From assembly GCF_006345805.1 (NCBI RefSeq), contig NW_021832281.1:68853-132852 (forward strand): a stretch of DNA of 64,000 nucleotides, in the 5' to 3' direction. Positions 34,262-45,809 of this stretch are shown here, in pieces. Origin of the DNA: Octopus sinensis (lineage: Eukaryota). A model generated the notes under the pieces. It was not told the origin of the DNA, did not search any database, and saw only the letters and a list, made by a program, of their open reading frames with translations. Each line of letters begins with the position of its first letter. Position 1 is the stretch's first letter. The position numbers were made by a program, and so were the translations under genes.

Positions 34262-34791
34262 GATATAACCACACCAGCATCGATTATGCCATATATAAGT
34301 GCTTCTCTTAAGTAAGGATGGGTCACATGTAAGGGTGCCTCTTATACTGTGGCAAAGATGGTAATAAACTTCACCCCTTCTAAACTTTATGCCTTATGTG
34401 AAGGCATGTCTTATGCTAGGGGACATCTTATACACCAGAAAATATGCTGATCCTCTTCAGCCATGCTAAACCTCTCTGCTGATCTTGAACCAGATCAATA
34501 ACCAATCCATAAACAACAGACAACGAACAACAGCAATAAATACAACAAAATTTTATTCACAGAAATTTGGTTGATTCAGTTCAGATTGAAGTCATGTGAC
34601 TTCTGACTCCCTCCTCCCCTCGCTCCTTATTAAGGGGAGAGGAAAAAGAGGAACAAAAAAGAGGAGGAGGAGGAGAGGGGAGGGTGCAGGAGTCCTAATT
34701 ACTCTTTCCTAGATCAGGGTGGGAAAGGGTTTAGTTTTGCACTGGAGACTAAAACTTAGGGGACAATGTCTGTGTCTACGCATATATATAT

Positions 34792-34823
<32 letters not shown>

Positions 34824-34968
34824 CATACACACACATACATACCACATATATATATATATACATACAGATATGTATATATATACACACATATACATACATA
34901 TATAATACACATATATACCAACATATATATATATGCACATATATACACATGTATACTTATACATATAT

Positions 34969-35004
<36 letters not shown>

Positions 35005-35089
35005 CACATACACACATGTCTATATAAATTTATTTACAATTTTATATAAATATAAATATATATAATAAATATATTTATAAATATATATA

Positions 35090-35294
35090 TAGACACATAT
35101 ATCTATATATTACGTATATAAATTAAGTAATATATATTAATATATATTATATTATATATCTATGTATATATTATATAGCATATATATATCTCAATATATA
35201 TGTATATATATGTGGTGTATATATATATGGTTCAAATGTACTATGTGTGTGTGAGTATATATACATACATACATATATACATACATATATATAT

Positions 35295-35327
<33 letters not shown>

Positions 35328-35706
35328 CATACATACATACATACATATATATATATATATACATACATACATACATAATATATATATACATACATACATA
35401 TATATAATACATACATACATACATAATATATACATACTACATACATACATACATATATATATATATACATACATACATACATATATATTATATACATACA
35501 TACATACATACATATATATATACATACATATATATATACATACATACATACATATATATATGTACATACATACATACATACATATACATACATATATATA
35601 CATACATACATATATATATATACATACATACATATATATATATATATACATACATACATATATATACATACATACATATATATATATACATACATACATA
35701 TATATA

Positions 35707-35742
<36 letters not shown>

Positions 35743-35749
35743 TATATAC

Positions 35750-35784
<35 letters not shown>

Positions 35785-35790
35785 CACACG
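35090..35790. repeat. (TA)n/(TACA)n compound microsatellite
   Basis: Directly visible. Similar tracts at 17600-18850, 34770-35090, 52190-52760 and 59640-61000. Confidence 0.95.
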
Positions 35791-36247
35791 TTTTTGCTGT
35801 GCAAATAGATTCTTTGATTAAACTACAAACGTGAGTGTATATTTATAAATATTGATATACACACAGGTTAATTATATACAAAAACATACAGTTGTTATTA
35901 AACTATAGAGATGAGTGTATATTTATACATACACACATGTTAATTATATACACAAATACGCTGTCTTGTTATTAAACTACTTGGGTGAGTATATATTTAT
36001 ATATACATGCACACGTCAATATATACACACAAACACGCTGTTTCATTACTTTAATTAATATATAAATAAATAAATATTGGTTTGTTGTGGGTAGCATTTT
36101 GTAGTTGTTGCCGGTGGTGGGCAAGGGTGGGTGGGCTTTTGCTGATGGGAATCTGTGTCCTCCACGCTTTGTTTTGAGGTTATTTACTTTATATCATCAA
36201 TGATGACGACGATGACGACGACGATGATAATAATAATAATAATAATA

Positions 36248-36330
<83 letters not shown>

Positions 36331-36362
36331 TAATAATAATAAATAATAATATAATAATGATG

Positions 36363-36407
<45 letters not shown>

Positions 36408-36424
36408 TAATAATAATAATAATG

Positions 36425-36458
<34 letters not shown>

Positions 36459-36658
36459 TGGTTTCAAATCTTGCCACTAGGGCAGCAGTTTTGGGGGAGG
36501 GGATGAGTCGATTACACCAACCCCAATATTTCACTGGTACTTAATCTATTGACCCAGACAGGATGAAAAGTGAAATCAACCTCAGTGGAATTTGAACTCA
36601 GAATGTAGTGACAGACAAAATACCACTAAGCATTTCACCCAGTGTGCTAATGATTGAG

Positions 36659-37226
36659 GGAGCAGTGCATGCCATCAAAGTGTCCCTGGGGTAAAATATA
36701 CGAAGCCCGATATACCCATCACGACTACCCGTCTGATAAGGGTACACCAGGCACATGCATCACAACCATATGTGCACAACATGGTGATCCTATATCAAGA
36801 TAAACAGCACAAGACCTTGCAGGTGGGGCCCAGTTAGAATTTTCTTCAGGTTGAGTAACCCATCCTGCTCAAACGGTCCCTGAATAAGGGTTGTTTAAGG
36901 ATGTTGAAAGAACCACCCATGTTTCCAGAGGTGAACTATTCAAACCCCAAAGAATCCCTCTCAACACATGGCTATGATGCTCCCCCACTACTTCTGCTCG
37001 TGATCAGAGATGCACATATCGTCAGCCACTAAGGGACATGCTCAACTGGTTAAGGTCAAACAACTGACAAGCAAATCTGTGGTATTGAGCAGAATATTTG
37101 CTGTAGCCCATCTTTTATACCAAGACAAAACAATGTACATGATAACACTTCCAATCAGTTAAGACAAGAAGCCACGAGAGCCACTGCCTGGTACCTGCAT
37201 CAGGGCATTTATTATTATTATTATTA
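36659..37226 (+). mobile_element. About 560-bp non-coding sequence ending in an (ATT)n tail; probable retroelement 3' portion, class unknown
   Basis: Complex sequence ending in GGGCATTTATTATTATT between SINE remnants; no ORF and no second copy in the window. Confidence 0.4.
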
Positions 37227-38569
37227 TTGCTTCGGGGTGGGGTCAAGTCAATTACATTGACCCCAGAAATCAATAGATATTAAATTTTTCATCCTTTGAG
37301 GGTCAATAAAATGAATACCAGTTGATCACAGGGGATCAATGCAAATGCCCCCTCCACTGAAATTACTGGCCTTGTGTCACAGTTTAGAACCCTTATTGTA
37401 ATAATAAGTACCGGTGTCGTCCCTGTTTCTCTATCATTACAGCCGGATCTTCTCCTTCATCTTTTCCCTCCCGGTTCTTAATGTCCAGTTGAACCTCATC
37501 TCTCTTTCATAACACACTATTCCTTCTCCTGACAATAGACTTTGATGAAATGGACAGTCAGCTCGCTGGCTGGCTGGTCGGTTGGCTGAACCCTTGTTTT
37601 TCTCCCTAAGCTGGATGACAAACAGCACCTCCACTCTGATCCCTCTACCCTGTAAAAAACTATCAATCATGCTCTCTTTGTATCACCAACATTATTGTCC
37701 TCATAATCATTAATACAATCATCGTCATCGTCATCACCATCATTATCATCATCAAGGAGGCGCAATGGCCCAGTGGTTAGGGCAGCGGACTCGCGGTCAG
37801 AGGATTGCGGTTTCGATTCCCAGACCGGACGTTGTATGAATTTATTGAGTGAAAACACCTAAAACTCCACAAGGCTCCAGCAGGGGGTGGTGGCGACCCC
37901 TGTTGTACTCTTTCGCTACAACTTTCTCTCTCACTCTTTCTTCCTGTTTCTTGTCCCCGACTTCCTACGCAACCACTGAGCCCGGATGCGCATTCATCCA
38001 TCCGTTGATGCTCTAGGTGTCGGGGGTTGACCTGCTCTCTCTTCTGCGTGTCTTACGAATAGCAAAGGACCACGTTTCGGACTTCTCCCAAACACTCAAC
38101 AAACAAACAAACAATCATCATCATCATCGTCATCGTCATCGTCATCATCATCATCGTCATCATCATCATCATCATCATCGTCATTGCTAATTTATTCTAT
38201 TACAGCCATGTTCTGTGAGTTAATAATAAAAGTATTCGTAGGCAAAATTGTTAATTAATTCCCCCTCGTTATCATGATGATGATGATGATAATTATCATA
38301 GTCATCTCCATCATTATCACGATCACTGTCACCATCATCATCACCACCACCACCACCACCACCACCAACTACAATCACCATCATCATCATTGTCATCGTC
38401 GTCAGCGTCATCACAATCAATGTCAACCACGTTTTGTCAACACAAGCCATGATGTGTGCAGTTGATCTGCTATAACTACCCCACCATCATACACACACAC
38501 GTATACAAATATCATATGCATATGTGTGTTTTATATATACATGTGTGTGTGTGTGTGTGTGTATTAATA

Positions 38570-38600
38570 GATAGACAGAGATAAATAGATAGATAGAGAG

Positions 38601-38652
<52 letters not shown>

Positions 38653-38732
38653 GGATGGATAGATAGAGATAGATAGAGAGAGATAGATAGATAGATAGAT
38701 AGATAGGTAGATAGAGAGAGAATGAGAGAGAG

Positions 38733-38768
<36 letters not shown>

Positions 38769-38963
38769 GGATGGATAGATAGAGATAGATAGAGAGGATA
38801 GATAGATAGATAGATAGATAGGTAGATAGAGAGAGATATGAGAAGAGAGAAAGAGAGATAGATAGATAGATAGATAGATAGATGGATGGATAGATAGAGA
38901 TAGATAGAGAGAGAGAGATAGATAGATAGATAGATAGGTAGATAGAGAGAGAATGAGAGAGAG

Positions 38964-39001
<38 letters not shown>

Positions 39002-39027
39002 GTAGATAGAGAGAGAATGAGAGAGAG

Positions 39028-39074
<47 letters not shown>

Positions 39075-39200
39075 TAGATAGATAGATAGATAGATAGACA
39101 AGAAAATAGATAGATATGGATACATAGATAGATAGATGGTTGGGTAGATAAGCAGACAGATTGATAGAGAGGAAGATGGACAGACAGACAGACAGACAAC
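38570..39200. repeat. (GATA)n/(GA)n compound microsatellite with internal higher-order duplications
   Basis: The block GATAGGTAGATAGAGAGAGAATGAGAGAGAGAGAAAGATA recurs. Confidence 0.95.
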
Positions 39201-39541
39201 TATATATGCACACACACATGCACATGAAGAAGTACCGAGTACACTGCCAGGTGGTTGGCATTAGGAAGGGCATCGAGCCGTAGGAACCACACCAAAAGCA
39301 GACATAGGGGCTTGATGTGGTCCTTCGGCTTGTCAAACTGTTCAACACGGGATACGAGCAAAGACACTAAATGATGAGGACAATGATATTGTCACACACA
39401 CAACATATATATATGTGTATATATATATATGTGTGGTATATATATATACACCCACCCACATAGAGATGTCACAACCTTTGTTTTTTAATGTTTGCACATT
39501 TCAGTTAATTCTTATCATCTTCTGTGACGAGATAAGGAAAT

Positions 39542-39572
<31 letters not shown>

Positions 39573-39758
39573 CTCATTACCATCACCATCGCCATCATCA
39601 TCACCACACCACCACCACCACCACCACCACCACCATCACCACCATCTCAGTATGCAAGCCAATCTTTGTAGCAGTTCTCATTATTATGATTATTTTTATT
39701 ATTATCATTATTATTATTATCATCATCATCATCATCATTATTATTATCATTATTATTC

Positions 39759-39798
<40 letters not shown>

Positions 39799-40727
39799 CA
39801 TTTTGGTTTGGCTTTGGTTCTGTCGTATTCCTGGTAGGATCTACGTGGGTAACCTTAGGTATCCACCAAATTTTCAGCAGTCTTTCAAGTGCTTAGAACC
39901 TTAGAACCTTCCTAATAATCCTTGCTGTCCCCAAGAGACTATCATTCTGTAGGATCTCTCATCAGGCATTCTATTCCAATTTTCTTTCAGCCATTCGTCT
40001 ATATCTTGGCTTACTGTCCCCCCAAGCACCAATTATTATAGGCACGACCTTTACTGTTTGCATGCTCCAAGTTCTTCCTATTTCAAATTTTAGGGGAATT
40101 GTATTTTATTATCGTTATTAAAAGCACCATCTGATTGTGGCCATTGCCAGCCTCGCCTGGCCCCCGTGCCGGTGGCATGTAGAAAGCACCATCCGACAGT
40201 GGCTGTTGCCATCCTCACCTGGCCCCCATGCCGGTGGCACATAAAAAGCACCATCCGACCATGGCACGTAAAAAGCACCCACTACACTCATGGAGTGGTT
40301 GGTGTTAGGAAGGGCATCCAGCCGTAGAAACATTGCCAGATCAGACTGGGCCTGGTGCAGCCTTCTGGCTTCCCAGATCCCAGTTGAACCGTCCAATCCA
40401 TGCTAGCATGGAAAGCGGACGCTAAACGATGATGATGATGATGATGATAATTATCATCGTTACTGCACCGGACAAAATGTGAAGATACCGACGACCGCTC
40501 GGTTCAAAGTCTCTCTTGACCAGAAATGGCCTGAACTCTTTGTATGACCACCCTCCCTGTACATAACTCCCTGTCCCCTTACATGGCCTTGCTTTTTGCT
40601 TTTTGAGCCAATAAAAATCGAATTAAAATTGAAATTGAAAATATGTGACATGTTACGTTGCAAGCCACATGTGACACGGGTCGGCGGCGCTAATGGTGGA
40701 GACGGTGGTTTAACAGTGACGTAGTCT

Positions 40728-43215
40728 CTATGGCTGGTTGTAGTGGTGGTAATGGTGATGGTGATGGTACTCGTGGATGTGGCGATGTTCATGATGTTGC
40801 ACCAGCAATAGCTGCTGCTGGTGCTGTTCGCTGCTGTTGTGCAGTGGTTGCAGAAGTTCTCGTTGCACCATTGGATGCAACGGAGCAAGCACTTGCTCGG
40901 GGTTTGTTGCATGCTGCACGGCCACCACGGGGCCACACTCTGCGCATGCGTCGGCGCCGCTGCCGCTGCCCCCCCGCGATGGATACGCTTCGCTGCATCC
41001 AGCGTGGTGGCAGTGGCGGTGGGAGTGGCGATGGTGGTGGTGGTGGTGTCGGCGATGGTGGTGGTGGTGTTGGTGATGCAAGTGTGCATCGGCTGTTGCT
41101 GATGTTGTTGTCGTCGTGGTCGCTGCTGCTGCTGTGGATGCAATTGTCGCAAGCGCTGATGTTGTTGTTGTCGTTGCTGCTGCTGCAGTCACTGTAAATG
41201 CATGCGATGATGATGATGATAATGATGATGATATTGGCGTTGTCGTAGCAACCGCTGAAATTGCTGCTGTAGTCGCTGTTGTCAACGACGATGTTGTCAC
41301 TGCTGCTCCCACCGTTGTCATGGTCACTGCCGCTGCCAACGGCAACACGCTGCCCATCGGCGACGGCCTCTGCCCATGCTGTAGCAACGAGGTCGCTGCT
41401 GCACCCTGCTTCCTCTCCGTCGCATCCGTGCCGTGCGACGGCAGATTCGCAGCCACCCTCTCCCCACCCCCGCCAGAACGCACCCGACCTGCATGCCGCA
41501 AGCACCTGCTGCACAAACACTCGGTGCACATCTTGCTGCCGCCGTTCGACAACACCTTGCACTTATTTATCTCATTCTGCATGGTAACCCACCTATCACT
41601 GCACATACCATTACCACCATTCATGTTGTTGCTGCTGTTGTTATTCGCGGCGGTGGTGGTGGTGGTGGTGGTGGTGGCGGTGGTGGTTGTGTTGTTACTA
41701 TGGTGATGACGCTGATGCGAGTTCGTACTGTAATTGCTGCTGTTGTTGTTATTGTTGTTGATGATGCTTTTGTTGATGTTGTTATGGTGATGGTGGTGGT
41801 GGTGGTGATGATGTGGATGGGAGTGGGCGTTTGCGCTTTTGTTGCTATGGTGATGGTGATGATGATTGTGATGGTGATGGTGATGGTTGTTTCTACTTTC
41901 ACTTTCATTATCATTATTATTATTATTGTTATTATTATTATTATTACTACTATGATTATTATTGTTGTTGTTATTATTGTTGTTGTTGTTGTGTTTGTGA
42001 TGCACCGGGACTTGCGTGTCTCTTTTGCCACTTGCGACCGCATTGCAGTTGGCGTTGTTGTTGTTGTTGCTGCGATTGCCGTGGTTGTGGTTGGTGTTGC
42101 AGTTGTTGTACAAGTGGCTTGTGGTGTCCGCCGGTTCGGTGTGGCGCTTGTTCGAGGCGGCGCAACAACAGTTGCTCCCCACGTTGTGCTTGGTAGCGTT
42201 CTTGTGGCACTTTCTACTGCACGCCTTGCACCTAACGTGGCCACCACCGCTGAGACCACCGCCCGGAACTGTGACCACTGGATCCATGTGATCTTCTGGC
42301 CAGCTGGAGCAACAGCAGCCGTTGCTGTTATTGTTGTTGTTGTTGTCGTCGTAGCAACCAGATGTCACCGCTGCTTGTTTCTCATTGAGCAATTTTTTTG
42401 CTTCCTTTCTCTTCTTCTTCCTCCTCCTCCTCGCCTCTTCATCTGGGTCTTTTACATGGCCGCCACCGCCACCACCACCACCACCACCACCACCACCTCC
42501 GCCGCCGTCGGCAATATCGTAGTTCTGTTCTGCCTTCTTCCCCACTGCGGCCCCGCGACAACACCGGTCGGGCAGCGCGAGCGACAACGGGAGCGGTGGC
42601 GGATGATGCGGATGCGGATGCGAGCGAGGATGCGCCGCGTGATGCGGCGCACTCGCGGTGCACGCGTCGGGCCGAGGCACGAGGTGGAGCGTCGGGGCGC
42701 CACACCCGGGGCCGAACTTGATCACGGCGTCGTAGGTGCACGTCGGCATTAGCGGCGCCACCACAGAATCTCTGCAGGCATTCACCGTGGGCGCGTTTGT
42801 GGCACACGGAAGTGTAATTGTCGCGTGGAGCCTTGTACGCTGCTGCTGCTGCTGCTGCTGTTGATGGTGGTTCTTCTGTTCCACGATGGACGTGGTACCG
42901 GGATCTAATCCAGCAAGGTCCAAGCAGTTACCGCCCTTCCTCCTCCTCCTCCTCTCCTCAGCCACGTCCTCCTCTTCTTCCCTCTTGTTGTTATCATCCT
43001 CATCATTGTTGTTGGTGTTGTTGTTGTTGATGTTGTGGCATGGATCCTGGTTCTCGATGCCCTGCTTCCTCGTGCCGCTGTGCTTGTGCCTCTTGCCCTC
43101 TCTGTGGTGGTGGTGGTGGTGGTGGTGATGATGGTAGCGGTGCCGCTGGTGGTGGTGGTGGTGATGATGATGATGGTGTGGTTGATGGTGCTCTTGGCTG
43201 GTTTCGGGCAGCTTC
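40728..43215 (-). CDS. NKD: NKD last coding exon (2488 nt) with LDLAG motif and His-rich C-terminus ...VQHHEHRHIHEYHHHHHYHHYNQP*
   Basis: TTGCAG acceptor (43217-43216). The first G completes AGG from the previous exon, and the frame is open to TAG at 40730-40728. RRRRKGGNCLDLAG resembles NKD RRNHYLDLAG; the HEHxHxHEHHHHHYHH terminus is the NKD hallmark. Confidence 0.92.
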
Positions 43216-43675
43216 CTGCAAATAGATGAAGAACGAAAAAAAAAAACAATGTTAGGTTACTATAGCAACAACAATCATCAACCCCCTTCCTTCTTCCCAC
43301 ACTAACCTTAAAGCCCTTCCCAGAAGAAATATAGTTTGTGTTGATGCCACATAAAAAGCACTGATTTTGGGGTCACAAATAAAGCATCTTATTTCTTTAC
43401 TACCCACAAGGGGCTAAACATAGAGGGGACCAACAAGAACAGACAAAGGGATTAAGTCGATTACATCGACCCCAGTGCGTAACTGGTACTTAATTTATCG
43501 ACCCCGAAAGGATGAAAGGCAAAGTCAACCTCAGTGGAATTTGAACTCAGAACATAACGGCAGATGAAATACCGCTAAGCGTTTTGCCCAGCGTGCTAAC
43601 GGTTCTGCCAGCTCGCCTGACCTTAAAATAAAGTATCTGTGCTGGTGCCAGTGCCATGTGAAAAGCACAAGTGAC

Positions 43676-44990
43676 ACATGAAAAGCACCCATGCTGGGGC
43701 CACATAAAAAGCACTCATGCTGGGACCACATAAAGTGCACCCATTCTGGGGCCACATAAAAAGCACCCATTCTGGGGCCACATAAAAAGCATCTGTGCTG
43801 GGGCCACATAAAAAGCACCCATTCTGGGGTCACATAAAAAGCACCCATGCTGGGGCCACATAAAAGCACCCATGCTGGGGCCACATAAAAAGCACCCATT
43901 CTGGGGCCACATAAAAAGCATCTGTGCTGGGGTTACATAAAAAGCACCCATTCTGGGGTCACATAAAAAGCACCCATGCTGGGGCCACATAAAAGCACCC
44001 ATGCTGGGGCCACATAAAAAGCACCCATTCTGGGGCCACATAAAAAGCATCTGTGCTGGGGTTACATAAAAAGCACCCATTCTGGGGTTACATAAAAAGC
44101 ACCCATGCTGGGGCCACATAAAGTGCACCCATGCTGGGGCCACATAAAGTGCACCCATGCTGGGACCAGATAAAAAGCGCCCATTCTGGGGCCACATAAA
44201 AAGCATCTGTGCTGGGGCCATATAAAGTGCACCCATTCTAGGGCCACATAAAGTGCACCCATGCTGGGGCCACATAAAAAGCACCCATTCTGGGACCACA
44301 TAAAGTGCACCCATTCTGGGGCCACGTAAAGTGCACCCATGCTGGGGCCACATAAAAAGCACCCATTCTGGGGCCACATAAAAAACCTCTGTGCTGGGGC
44401 CACATAAAGTGCACCCATTCTGGGGCCACATAAAAAGCACCCATTCTGGGGCCACATAAAAAACCTCTGTGCTGGGGCCACATAAAGTGCACCCATTCTG
44501 GGTCCACATAAAAAGTACCCATTCTGGGGCCACATAAAAAGCACCCATTCTGGGGCCACATAAAAAGCATCTGTGCTGGGGTCACATAAAAAGCACCCAT
44601 TCTGGGGGTCACATATTAAATGACACCCATGCTGGGGCCACATAAAAAGCACCCATGCTGGGGCCACATAAAAAGCACCCATGCTGGGGCCACATAAAGT
44701 GCACCCATGCTGGGGCCACATAAAAAGCACCCATGCTGGGGCCACATAAAAAGCACCCATTCTGGGGCCACATAAAAAGCACCCATGCTGGGGCCACATA
44801 AAAAGCACCCATTCTGGGGCCACATAAAGTGCACCCATTCTGGGGCCACATAAAAAGCATCTGTGCTGGGGCCACATAAAAAGCATCTGTGCTGGGGCCA
44901 CATAAAAAGTACCCATGCTGGGGCCACATAAAAAGCACCCATTCCGGGGTCACATAAAAAGCATCTGAGCTGGCCCCACATACAAAGCAC
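43676..44990. repeat. 26-bp minisatellite (GGGGCCACATAAAAAGCACCCAT[G/T]CT), about 50 copies, in the last NKD intron
   Basis: Three unit variants (AAAAAGCACCCA, AAAGTGCACCCA, AAAAAGCATCTG); two more degenerate units at 43345-43390. Confidence 0.95.
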
Positions 44991-45200
44991 CGCTGCTGGT
45001 GCACTGTAAAGAGAGAGAGGTGTAGAGAGAAAGAGAGAGAGAGATGTGTAGAGAGAGGGAGAGAGTGTTGGAGAGAGAGAGTGAAAAGAGAGCAAAAGAG
45101 AGGCAGAGAAATGCAGAGGGAGAAAGGGAGGCAAAGAGGAGAGAGATGGAGAGATGGAGAGAGAGAGAGAGAGATGGAGAGAGAGAGAGAGAGAGAGATG

Positions 45201-45276
<76 letters not shown>

Positions 45277-45324
45277 TGGAGAGAGAGAGAGAGAGAGAAG
45301 TAAGTATGTAGTAAGTTGTGTCAC

Positions 45325-45809
45325 CTTGTCATCTGTTGTTGTTGGTTTCTTAACATGTTCTCTTGGATCAACTCGGTCAATCTCCGTTGCTCCTGGCAAC
45401 TCAACACCAACCGATGACCAAGGCTGGTTGCACTCGACAACCGGCCCCCGCCGTGAAGCTTTGACCGGCTGCTCTCCTTCACAGCCTCCACATCAGCAGC
45501 GACGATATAGTTGTTGACTTTGGTCGCGCTCTGGTCAACAGCGGTGGTCAGTTTGTTGTCCAGACCGATCTCCTTCCACCCTGCGTTGTCTTCGTCTCGG
45601 CCACTCACACCGATGCTCTTCAATTTGGCCTTCTTCTTCGTCAGCGGGGCCCCGTTGTCCTTGTCTCTCTGTGCAGCCGTGTCGGCCTCCAGCTGGCTGT
45701 TGTCTTGACCAATCGAAAGTCGCAGCTTCAGGGTCTTTCTCCCGTTCAGGGGCAACTTCAGCGATGACCCTACAGCATCATACAGGGTTTGAAACAAGTT
45801 GGCCACTTC
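45325..45809 (-). CDS. NKD: NKD exon, EFX domain end (EVANLFQTLYDAVGSSLKLP...KTLKLRLSIGQD) plus linker
   Basis: TTTAG acceptor and GTGAC donor; 485 nt, phase 0 to phase 2. Matches the NKD motif 'L..T(I/L)Y(E/D).V.SS...K.LRVKL.V'. Confidence 0.93.

Noticed and set aside
35171-36534. Y/I/V/C-rich and poly-N/L ORFs; similar ones at 38487-39348, 50840-51715, 53242-53694 and 55017-55397
   Set aside because: Pure microsatellite translations.
40730-43300. Long antisense and alternative-frame ORFs (e.g. 41433-42752 +, 439 aa) suggesting an overlapping gene
   Set aside because: Expected shadows of the trinucleotide-repeat-rich NKD exon; poly-V/M/L content and no recognisable motifs.
43531-45134. 130-284 aa ORFs with repeated MGAFYVAP/WPQ motifs
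   Set aside because: Frame-cycling translation of a 26-bp minisatellite inside an intron.
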